Of a stretch of 64,000 bases of DNA, positions 40,167-51,284 are shown in pieces. The translations under genes and the position numbers were made by a program. The notes beneath the pieces were generated by a model. The model did no database searches. It was not told the origin of the DNA and saw only the letters and a list, made by a program, of their open reading frames with translations. The first letter of the stretch is position 1. Every line of letters starts with the position of its first letter. The DNA comes from Paraspadella gotoi (taxonomy: Eukaryota; Animalia; Chaetognatha), in contig CM119265.1 of NCBI GenBank assembly GCA_051294375.1, positions 17,263,172-17,327,171 of the forward strand, read 5' to 3'.

Positions 40167-41862
40167 ATGGTTGACGGCAAAGACAAAAAAGAGGAAGAGT
40201 CGACGATGACGACGAAGACGATGCCGAAACAGGCGTCGACGATGAATCTGACGATGGGGATGCTCGTCGCCAACAACATCAACACCAACAAGAAAGACAA
40301 GAAAGATAAGAAGGAGAAGAAGGATAAGAAAAAGAAAGATTCTCAGGACACGGATAGCCAGAAAAAAAACAACAACCGTAACGATAACGATTTGGGACAA
40401 AACCAAAACGCCAAGAAGAAGGACAAGGACAAGAACAAGGACGACAAGGAATCCAAAGGTGGCAAAGGCACCCAGGATGAAAGAGGACTCGAGTCTGGGA
40501 CGACGATGAAGGTCAGTTCGACTCCGAACCCCACCCCACCCCTTTAACGAGGCCACCCTGCCTGCCTTCTGGAGATAGGATAGCTGAGAAGGTCTCACTT
40601 TACTGTCTTTGTCTTAATATAATATATTAAATGAATGGATAATTTTTATATTGGTTGTACCAATTTCATATACATATAATATAATATTGTGGCAGCAAGA
40701 CTTAAAGCTGCCTCACTGCTGTCCGTCCTCAGCTCGTCTCCAATGGCTGAGCAGGCTAAATCATCTCATTCCACTCGCTGCGTCACGGGTTTAATCCCTG
40801 GTATCCCGGTTCTGGCTTAAATTGACGGTGCCGGTATAAACATGCCAGTGACAGGTGGCGGTCACTGAGGGTCCGCAGCCCCTACGCCAGTTGGTGAGAT
40901 ACCCCGCGCCCCGGGTATCACAGGCTATCCTCCCGTTGCCATAAGTGGTGAGCCCTACTCTCGAACACGCAACCGCTGCGCACCGTGCGCCCACGCTTAC
41001 GTCGCTTAGGGTATGCATATCACGCCTATGCCCTACTTCTCTGGTAAGCTCCAGACTCGCTCGCTCGCCGCTCGCTCTCACTATGGCAATGAGATCAAAA
41101 CCTTCTCTCAGACATCTCCTCAGGATTTGAGGCCCCTGTGGAGAAGTCTGGTGGGGGATCCTGTGGCAGCAAGACTTAAAGCTGCCTCACTGCTGTCCGT
41201 CCTCAGCCTCGTCTCAATGGCTGAGCAGGCTAAATCATCTCATTCCATCCGTGCGTCCCGGGTTTAATCCCTGGGTATCCCGGTTCTGGCTTAAATGTGA
41301 CGGTGCCGGTATAAACATGCCAGTGACAGGAGGCGGTCACTGAGGGTCCGCAGCCCCTACGCCAGTTGGTGAGATACCCCGCGCCCGCGGGTTATCACAG
41401 GCTATCCTCCCGTTGCCATAAGATATTAATATTTTAATATTCCAGAACAGGAACCAAGGCCCGGATATGACTCAAATGGCGACGAATCAAGATCCGGCCG
41501 CTGAAGAAGCCCCCTCGCCGGATCAGGCCGACGCCGAAGCGGAAGAGCACGAGGAGGAGGACGACGTAAGGAGAATTGCTCGAGCCCCAATCTTCGACGA
41601 TTGTTATCTTCTTTTTTTTTCTTCTTTTTATTTTTATCGCAGATCGAAAGATGCGAAGTCGGCGCCCACGATCCCGAGGAGATTCACAAGATCCTCACCA
41701 AGATCCACTTCCCCTCCATGCATCCCATGTTCCTCGCCGAGAACGTGGCGCCCGCCGTTCTGCCCTCCAATCTTCTCTCCGATCACGAGATGGTCACCAT
41801 CTTCGTCGATTGTCTCTCTCGATCCCCGAACAAGTTTAACCTTTTTCCCAACGACAAGAGGC

Positions 41863-41922
<60 letters not shown>

Positions 41923-43631
41923 AACAAAGAAATAATAACAGAAAGTGAGATATATTGTATTTGAATTCACTTCTTGAGTTATATCAGTCGCTTTTAAGGG
42001 CCTCACTTAGTGCCTAAAGCCTCACTCGGAGAAATGTTCAATGTTCTCTCTCTCCCTCCCAGATCGATCACGCCTCTGCTGTCGATCCGCCCGATCCGGT
42101 CGACGGAACGCCCCTTCACCATAGAATTCAATCGGAGAGATCGAATCGGAAAAGAATTGAAGCAGAGGATCGAACTCGTGTCCGGCTTACCCCCGGATAG
42201 ATATACTCTAAGATCGCAGGCGTGAAATAGGATAGAAAGATTATTGTATAGGATATTGTAGACAACAAAAAAAAAGACAAGAAATCTTTTAATATCTTTC
42301 GCGCCCATTTTTAACTTTGATGACAGGACGATAACGTTAATGCGAAATTACAAGTGGGTCCCGACTCGGTGACGGTCGGCGACTTGGGTCTAAAAGAAGG
42401 GGACAAGCTGGAACTTGTCCAGTCTATTAGGGTCAAGGTTATCGGACCTCTAGCTGATGATTACGGCACTGGTGAGCGATGTGATCGTCGAAAAGGTAGA
42501 CGTTTGTGTTGAGATAAAACAAAAAACGAGTGGTCGTCGTTTGAGTATCCCGATATAACCCGATATCCCGATATAAGTCGGCTAATTCATAAAACTAAAA
42601 AATATCACGAAATTACTAGTGATTATTAATATAATTTAACTCCTTTCTAGAACCGGATTATATGAACGACGGGGGGCAGAGCGAGGGCTGCAACGCTCGC
42701 TGTGCCGGCCCCTGCGCCTTCCCGGCTCCGCCCTGCAACGACGCGCCGGCTCCGTGTTACCGTAACACCCTCGGCACTGTCGACGTTATAGAAACTGACA
42801 AGATGCGCGATTTAAAACCTAAAGTTCAAAGGTCCCAACTTTAAGTTAGATTAAAAGAAAACAGTTTAGGGATTCCTTCAACGTATGTACCTAACTCGCT
42901 CTAGAAAACAAAAACAAAACAAAAAAGTTTACTGATCATTTTAACTCTAAAACAGCACAAAACAACAACGAAAACAATAACCAGAATAAAATCAACAAAC
43001 CATAAAACCACAAGTACCCTCGCTCACCCATTTTTTTAACTATGTTTTTTCTCCTTCATCGTTTTCCGTTGAAGGGGGAGTCAGCGCAGCTGGTCATAAA
43101 TTTTTACTAACAACACACAGAAGGGCCCACCAAAAAAAAACAAACGAAAAAAACTTTTCACGAATGTCCCAAGTAAATTTCTCATTTCCCCCAGCGCCTC
43201 CACCTCCTCTTCTTCCTCATCCTCTTCCTCCTCCACCTCCTCCTCCAACCCCTTCCCTGCTCTTGCTCAGAGTACTCCAAGATCGAGGTATGAACGTCGA
43301 TGGCCTCGTCTTCAAGAGCAAATGCGGTGAAGTCTGCGATTCAGCGGGATTCTTCGAGTGCAGCGTCGACCACACCGGCTGCGGTCCCTGCGGTCCTTGC
43401 GGTCCCTGCACCGGGCCGCCGCAGCGGGCCGCCCGGTACGAAGACGACGTATTTATAGGACGCGGGGGCCCTCGAAGCAGCGAGGAAGGCGATCCATGCG
43501 GGCCCTGCGGACCCTGCGCCCCATGTGCCAGCGGTATGGGCCCCCGCCGCGGGGGCGGAGCCGCTGACGAGTATTGCGCCAAGCCCGGATGCGACGAAAC
43601 GCGGTGCGTCGGTGCTTGTCGGCGAATGTGA
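40167..43631 (+). CDS. Uncharacterised protein: Lys/Asp-rich N-terminus, ubiquitin-like domain(s), Cys-Gly-Pro repeat tail
   Basis: Exons at ~40167-40511, 41446-41565, 41643-41860, 42063-42219 (IGKELKQRIELVSGLPPDRYTL), 42328-42471 (TVGDLGLKEGDKLELV), 42651-42830, 43271-43631 (CGPCGPCGPC). Linking all exons into one gene is inferred. Confidence 0.55.
40812..40890 (+). ncRNA. Twister ribozyme, P5-type, copy 1 (1-nt deletion in P2 3' strand)
   Basis: Same as 41286-41365 but AAATTGA replaces AAATGTGA; predicted site U40837^A40838. Confidence 0.65.
41286..41365 (+). ncRNA. Twister ribozyme, P5-type, copy 2 (apparently intact)
   Basis: CUGGC-UUAA-AUGU-GA-CGG-UGCCGGUA-UAA-ACAU-GCC-AGUGAC..GUCACU-G-AGGG-UCCGCAGC-CCCU-AC-GCCAG: P5, P2, P3, P4, T1 (CCG/CGG) and T2 (GC/GC) all pair; predicted site U41312^A41313. 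Confidence 0.8.
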
Positions 43632-44001
43632 CATAAGCGGACGCCCGGATGAAGGCAATAGCTAATGGCGAAAGCTCTACCATTATTATTTTATGGAAAA
43701 CGCATAAAACAATCAAACGACAGTGAAAAATGGGCAACCGCCCATGAATACTCAATTACTCTTTCGAGCAATCGTAAACATTATCATTTATTTTTTTTCT
43801 AAATACATTAAAAAACGAGCTGAATCAGATAAAAAATGAAAAGTTTAGTTGGTAAGTACTTGTCATGCTAATGATGGCCGTAACGAGCGACCAAGGTTCC
43901 GCCTTAATTGTTTCTCCGCTTCTTCGTTCTCTTACTTACCTTTTCGTCCGTTTCTTATCGTTCGTTCTCTAACTTATCTTTTCTATCTTTTTCGATCTTG
44001 T

Positions 44002-44470
44002 TTTTTAGTCGGATCTGCTTATCAGCAGATTCCGACTCTATAATTCACTTCGTCGGTCCGTCGGTCCACCCCCAAAATCTTGTCGGTAAATCATTTTTAT
44101 CATATCAGAACATCGAATTGTGATAAATTATGCAATAAAAACGATGTCCATCTGTCCGTCTGTCTGTCTGTCCGTCCGTCCCCCATTAGCATTGAACTCT
44201 AATATTCGTGATTGGAGGGAAGGATTGGAATGAAATATTTGATGGAATCGTGCGAGTGGAAATGAGTTTAAATGGAATATTTACTTGAAGCATTTTTACT
44301 CATATTTACTCAGAATTATTATATTTATTAAAAATTAGATAGATAAATTGAAATGAAATTTTGTGTGTGGGAAGGCAAGTATGTGATTATGCTAGATAAA
44401 AATTTTTGATGGAATCGTAGGAGTGGGAAAGTGTTTAAAATAAAAAACCAAAAGACACATTTATTTCAAT
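44002..44470 (+). mobile_element. Helentron/DINE-1-like repeat
   Basis: ttttagtcgga-hairpin-tccgactctata start, (GTCY)n tract; shares gatggaatcgt..gagtggaaatg..tttaaatg with 45465-45650. Confidence 0.55.
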
Positions 44471-44501
44471 TTTTATAAGTTTCTATCTCTCTGATTGATT
44501 A

Positions 44502-44526
<25 letters not shown>

Positions 44527-44534
<8 letters not shown>

Positions 44535-45010
44535 CCAAATTATACCAGTTAACCAAATTATGTCGGTTGACCAAATTATTGACCAATTTATGCAAGTTGA
44601 CCACATTTTGCAAGTTGAACAAATTATAAAAGTTGAAAAAATTATGCCAGTTGACCAAATTATGCCTGTTTACCAAATTATGCCGGTTGTCCAAATTATA
44701 TCAGTTAACCAAATTATGCCAGTTAACCAAATTTTGTCAATTGACCCATTTATGCAAGTGGACCAAATTATGCCAGTTGACCACATTTTGCAAGTTGTCC
44801 AATTTATACAAGTTGAAAAAATTATGCCAGTTGACCAAATTATGCCAGTTGACCAAATTAAGCATGTTGACCAAATTATGTCACTTGACCAAATTACATC
44901 AGTTCACCAAATTATGCCTGTTGACCAAATTATGCCAGATGACCAATTTATGCCAGTTGATTAAATCATGCTACTTTATTAAATTATTAAAGTTGACCAA
45001 ATTATGCAAG
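44527..45010. repeat. 18-bp minisatellite, consensus GTTGACCAAATTATGCCA
   Basis: About 25 degenerate tandem units read directly. Confidence 0.92.
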
Positions 45011-45464
45011 TTGGTATTGGCACAGCAACTGGTAATGATAGATAGATCAATTGAATTATAGATTTTTTTTCGTAGATTTATTAAGAAGTCTGTTTTGATT
45101 GGTTATAATCACAAATTGAGAGTCAGAAAAATTACCATGATTTATCACCGGATTATTACCGCTTACTTATTATCGTAGGCAGATCCGACATTGTTTGCTC
45201 AAACTCGTTTATCTTTAATTCGTCGCACTCTCGCTCTTCTTGTCGATCCGGTTCGACGGCGGACTTTTCAGTGCGGAACTCGGGGGCCCCGATTGAAGAG
45301 AGGATCCGGTTTTGCTGTCCGGCAGAGACGTCGAAATGCGGAGGCGGTTTTCGAGATCGATTTACGCCCATCCATCCTCGAAAGATCTTGGTGGGCTTGG
45401 GAGAAAATTGGATCGGGTCGACCGACTTTTTTTTTTTTCTGAATCAAATCAATTTTAATTTTTT

Positions 45465-45650
45465 ATATAATTCACTTTGTCGGTCCGTCGGTCTGTCGGT
45501 CCGCTCCCCCATGTGTGTCGGTCATTTACACAATTATGGATGAGGCGATTTATTTTAAATTTTGTGTGTGGGTCAAGAAGTGTGTGATTGAGCTGGAAAT
45601 CAAGTTTCGATGGAATCGTCTGAGTGGAAATGGGTTTAAATGAAAAATAT
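45465..45650 (+). mobile_element. Second fragment of the Helentron/DINE-1-like repeat
   Basis: tataattcactt.gtcggtccgtcggtc shared with 44039-44066; downstream motif also shared. Confidence 0.5.
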
Positions 45651-46429
45651 ATAATATGCTATATATTATGCTTTCTATTTTTGTATGACATGTAAAATTG
45701 TAAATGCAAACTGTAATCAATAATATTAATTAAGTGAGTGCATTTAAACGGATTTTCTTGTTTCATCGAGATTCTGGGCCCACTTGGAGCCAAATATATA
45801 GTTTTCTCCACTATTTTTATATTTCTTGTTTAATCATCAATGTTAAAATCGGATAAAGAGGCCCCCCAAGGCTTATTTTTTTTAACTTTGGGAGTACACT
45901 CCTCTGCTGTGGGCGTTTTCGATGTCTAATTATACTGATATCAAATTATGCTGCATTCTATCCTTTTGGGATGTTATGGGATGGAATATTGTCACAAATT
46001 TTTCGAATTTGTTACGAGTGTTTTCCTTTTGGGTAAGTCGTGCATCTCCTCAGTCGTTATCAACATCTAACTTTGATCGAAACTCGATTGGCTATAGCAA
46101 ACGTATTCAATACTCAAAACTGGTTTCTCTCAAATCAAATCAGCGATCGAGAACTCGTAATAATGAAGCAGGTAAAAAAAAAGAATTTTTTGGGCCGAGT
46201 CTCGAGCAAAGGGAGACAGAAAATTGGAAAAAGTTGATCGGTACTGAATGTCACCGAATCAACTTGGCGTTTTACAATCGAGAAGACATGAATCATTCTC
46301 TCGAAAAAAAAACCCATCACATTTTTCACGATCATGGGATAACTTTCTGCAGCATCTTCATGACAATCCCGACGTCATTCGAGAATATGACGAAATGATG
46401 CCGGAAGGATGGCACTTGCGGCGACGCGG

Positions 46430-49400
46430 ATGACGTCGATGCTAATCGCGGTTGTTGTTGTTGTTGCCTCGTTCCACGTTGCCGGCGCCATTTCGGCGGA
46501 CAAGTCGTTAAAGACTCTGTGCGATCAACTCGGGACGGAAAACTTCGATATCGTTTACGACATTTACGGCGTCAGTCTAAGGCACAAAAAGTAAGTTATC
46601 TTTTATTCAGAAAGTGTTTAATTTTAAGAGATACATAAAAGCAAACGCTTGGCATGAAAATCGTCTCGTAATAGAAAAGTAACGAAAAACAAAATTTGTT
46701 TACGAACGTCTTCAAAACAGATCCATCCGCGACGAGTCGACGGCGACACTGGACGAGATGGAAGGCTTTTGCGTCGACATGTTTCGGAAATTCATTCGTC
46801 GTTGTCCGATCAAATACAAACTAAAAAAAAATTTCGACGGTTACTGGGGAAACAACGTGAACGGAAGTTGGAACGGAATGGTGGGACAGTTGGTCAGGGG
46901 AGAAGCATCGATGGGTAAGGACACCAATATTTTTTTCCCCCTTCCCGTAGTCAATCATTCTCAATTTTCTAGTTATCTCCAACCATTTCTTATAGCCCTG
47001 ACCTACTACTACATCCAACCACACCTCTCGCCGGCGGTTGACTTTTCCCGCGCCTTCATGTCATCGGGCATCGCGATTGTCATGCGCGACATGCAGGCCG
47101 ACAACCGCTCTTCGCTGCGCCAGTTCCTCTTCCGCTCCTTCACGCTGGATGGCTGGATGTTGTTGCTGGGAATGACTCTGCTGGGGCTGTTCGTCGTCAT
47201 GCTCCTCGTGTATCTGACTCCGCCGACCAAGCGTTACGCCCACTTTGACGCTAAAGACACCATGCAATACCACATGCACCAGTTGACGCCCGAAGAGTAC
47301 AAATACAAAATCTTCTGGTTTTTTATGTGGGTATCTCTCCATCTGGTTTAACTTTTGAGAATGATTGAATTACAACAAATTGTTTGCTTATAATTATAGA
47401 TTTAAAACCCGTGGCTGTGAAATCAGAAATTACACACAATGACACACAAACACACACAAAAAAAGCATTCACTTATATGTGATTTAGTCTATAAAATATC
47501 CCGATTGCTCTCAGATACTCCATGCTGGGATTCGACGACGTCAACCGGAGTCTTTACAATAATCCTCTGCGAATGATGGGATTCTTTTGGGTTTTCTATT
47601 TTTGGATCGTGTTCACCATCTTCTCCGCCCAGATAACTTCCGACATGACCCTTGGAAGCGTGAGCCGTCAAGTGGAGACATTCTCCGACCTCCTGGCGAG
47701 CCCCGGTCTCAAATATTTCTTCGACGGCGGAGATACGGGCCTCTTGCGGAATCTTAGGCTGCACCGCAGTAAGACGGCTCAGGATTTGCTGAGGAAGTAC
47801 GAATCTTTTGGGGAAGAGTACCACAAAAGCACGAGACCTTCGGACGTTTACCTTTCGGCGGTGAGACATCGGCCATGCTGATATGATGTAATCCATTTTA
47901 AAACATTTGTTGAGACTCCTTTTCCCCACAGGAGGACATCCAGAAGTACACCTGCCCAGGATATAATGCCCTCTTATCAGAAGGCATCGACTACTCGGTC
48001 GTCATGACGAAGAACATGATGCGTCAATGTCAGATATACTCTGTCACAGATTACACTATCAAAGTGGATCCTGCCTTTGTGTTCCGCCAGAACTGTCGCA
48101 AGACGGCCAAGCTCAAGCGTGCCTTCAACATTTTCATTAGCATCATCATCCGGGACGGAACGTTGGATCGCATCATGCGCAAGTGGGGAATTCCTTATCT
48201 CGGCGAGAGAAAGGCGATGGCGAAGGAGGACAGCGCCGAATCGGATGACGACGACGACGACGACGAGAAAGAGGAGGAGAGCGAGAGCGGCAAAAAGGAA
48301 GGACTCACCTGGGACCACCTCTTCCAGTCGGCGATCGTCGCCATCCTTGGGCTCGTCGGAGCCATCCTCGTCTCGGCGGCGTCGAATCTTCGAAGTCGCG
48401 GTTTTTTCGACGGCGTCGTCAAAAGAATCGAAGCCTGGCGCGTGGACGTCAAGGAAGAGGAGAAGCGAAGAATCAGCGTGAGGAGGGGAGAAGAGTTTGC
48501 GAAACTTTTGACGAAGGTCTCCACGAACGAGCCGAACAAAGAGGACGACGATTTAAACATTCGCGCGCAGAGTGATAATGATGATAAAGATGCCAAGAAC
48601 AACCTGATCACACGAGGCATGGCAGATAGAGACAAGGTAAGTCATAAATGCAAGCCGGAATCCCTCTTTTAAATAAAAATTATTTTGTTATTAAGAACGT
48701 TTTTGTCCTAAAATTTTTTAAAATAACGAAATCTAAATACTGGAATATGGAAAATAACTTTCCATTTTAATTGTAAGTAGTAGAATGATATATAATTTGA
48801 TACTTACGGTTTTTTAGGTGGAGCCAAATTTAAACCGCTCTTCTTCGGACGTTTCAAATAGGTAATACTATATCTATACGTTAAATTCCCGTTAAAGTTT
48901 ATGCTAGTTGCCCTTATTCTCGGTTTATTTTCCTGAAATGTTAGGAAGCGCAAATTAGGGAATGGCGTTAGTCCGATGATCCCCTACGATCTGTCAGCGG
49001 ACACTCTTTCGGACATACCCGAACGGAAGAGATCAACAGAATTTCCATTTTCCCTTAACATCAAACCCTTCGATTGGCAAGGAAGTCGTAGAAGTCAAGG
49101 AGTTAGTCAATCTGCCATCGAGCTCTCTCGTCCCACAAGCAAAGACCTTGAGGGAGACAGTTTTTTCGATAATTTTGGTCCTCAAGTTAACCACCAGGAG
49201 CCAGATGCCCCCAAAGTGAAGAAGTCTCTGGAAGCGAAGAAGACTCCGGACGAGCGTCGCGTCCTCAAAATGTTTGATCGAAAGAGAAACAAAAGATTAC
49301 AACGCGAAAGTGTCTCTTCCATCGACCTTTCCAATGACGTGACCAAAAGTTCTGACGGTAATTTATCCAACGAGGATTTACTTTGCAATCACGTCCGATT

Positions 49401-50280
49401 CCTACCCGAAACCGGCGAAGTCGATTACAACGCCAACGTTCGACTTAAAAAGTCAGCGTCGGAACTTCGCCTTGTGAAACAGATCGAAAGGAAGCGAAAC
49501 AAAAGGCTTCGACGCGAAAGAGAATCTCAGGACGATTTCGAAACCTTGCTTTCCCTGTCCCCCAACCATTCCGCGAAACCTCGAGATTTTCACCCACCGT
49601 CTTTCCCCTCCGGATCTCTTCTCGGTTTTCTTCCCAACTCTTCCATGGACTGCTTGAAATTAAAGAGATCTTCCCAAGATCTCCGCGTCGTCAAACACTT
49701 CGCGCGCATTCGGAACAAGAGGTTGGAGAAAGAGAGACTCTCGCAAAGCGTCGATGACTTGGAATCCGTCCACAAACACTTAATACAGCCCGCTATCTTA
49801 ATAGATTCCGCATCCTCAGAGTCGCGTCTTCTCGGCGAAGATCCGATCGATATCGACGCCGACTCCGACCTCGATTCTACGGATGAATCCGATCTGTCAG
49901 CGTCGGACAACATCGCCGATTCCCCGATCGCCGTCCTTGCCATCCTCTCTACTTCCACACACGCATTGACACCGATTCCCGAAGAGATTAACGCGGCGAA
50001 CGAAGATCGCCGTTCTCCGTCGAATTCGTCTTGCCCGTCGGCGAGCGACACCTCCAGCGAACACTCTTCGACGCCCTCGCTGCGACTCGACAAATTAAAG
50101 GCGCCGCTTCAACGAGCATCGAGCGTCATTGGTCCGCTAGGTCCGGTCGATCCCGGGCAATTAGACTCGACTTGGTCGCTCAAGGACGTTGAGGTGCGCG
50201 ATTCTTTCGCCCCTTGCGATCCGAAAGCGATGAAACTCGGTAGACGCCTTACAAAAAAGCCGCGTCTTAAACTTTTATGA
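46430..50280 (+). CDS. Divergent IR/iGluR-like receptor with a very long cytoplasmic tail
   Basis: Signal peptide MTSMLIAVVVVVASFHVAGA directly followed by S1 (EGFCVDMF..GSWNGMVGQLVRGEA..AVDFSRAFM), M1, M2/M3, S2 (DGTLDRIMRKW), M4. In-frame GT-AG splicing 48636>48818-48861>48945 joins ORF 48976-50280. Confidence 0.78.
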
Positions 50281-51284
50281 GAGAGAACAGGGGAAAAGTA
50301 GTATTTCTCGACTAATTTTTTTTCTTTTGCCAAAATACGTATCTGTATCTGTATCTCTCTCTCTCTCNNNNNNNNNNTCTCTCTCTCTCAAAACTAAAAA
50401 TTGGTCATGATCACTAATTAATTTTGAATTTTCAGTTTTATTTATGATAGAAAGTTGAGCGTTGAAAGAAATATTGAAAATAATAGAAAACTATTTTTTC
50501 ACTGATCCTTGGATTTTATCATTGCGCATTAAATCCCACGGAGGTCCAGCTCTTTTGGGACTAACTTTTAAAAATTGTTTGGACGGGTTTTTGTTCTGTA
50601 AGTTCTTGAAGTTAGTCCCATTAGAGATGGACCTGTAAGTCGAAAAACTTTTTACGGATGGACAAAGATACAAATTAATTATTTAATAATTTTTCGCTTC
50701 GTTATTATTCTCGTTTTAGTTGGTAAAAAATTAAAAACAAAACAAAAATAAATAGCAGGTAGTCTGTTTTAAAAAAAAAGAACATCGTATCGAGGTTAGT
50801 AATTCGGTTCTTCGAATTCGACTTCGGTTTTGTAGCAATATTTCGGAAAGATTGGTCGACCGGACCCGAGGATCGCCTCGCTCCTGATAAAGTAATGCAG
50901 AAAAAATATTTAAATTTATATAATTTTTTAAGAATTTAATTTAGTAAAACAATTATTCTTGTAATTTTCATAAAAAAAAAAAATATTACGAAAAGCTGTA
51001 AATTATGCTATAAAATGATTTGTCGTATGGGATTAGTTTTGATCTTTGACGACACGTCTCCGCTCGTATAATTGCTCCACCTGGTGTAGAATATTCCGTG
51101 CAAAAATGGCGGGATCGGGTCGGCGGTATATAACTGTTTTCGTAACTCGATTTCCACCCTATCTTGTTTCTTGGGGGGAGGGGATTTTGTTCGATTTCAT
51201 TAACTCTCAAATTATGAAAAGCAATCTTATCAATGATAATGATAATATCACCAATCGATCCCAGTTTTCTCTCATTCATTATTT

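Larger units (their letters stand above)
40688..41422 (+). mobile_element. Retrozyme-like partial tandem (474-bp unit, ~1.5 copies) carrying two twister ribozymes
   Basis: Near-identical direct repeats 40688-40945 and 41162-41422; GC-rich and non-coding within an AT-rich intron; both repeats end GTTGCCATAAG. Confidence 0.85.

Noticed and set aside
40946-41161. LTR/TRIM reading of the tandem element (TGGTGAGCC as PBS, purine-rich stretch as PPT)
   Set aside because: Repeats lack TG...CA ends, I cannot match the PBS to a tRNA, and the PPT is interrupted. A partial tandem fits better, though a TRIM is not fully excluded.
44527-45010. CRISPR-like array
   Set aside because: Contiguous tandem units with no unique spacers, eukaryotic context, no cas genes.
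45156-45430. Isolated GC-rich exon-like block
   Set aside because: No recognisable protein or RNA motif, and it cannot be linked to a gene.
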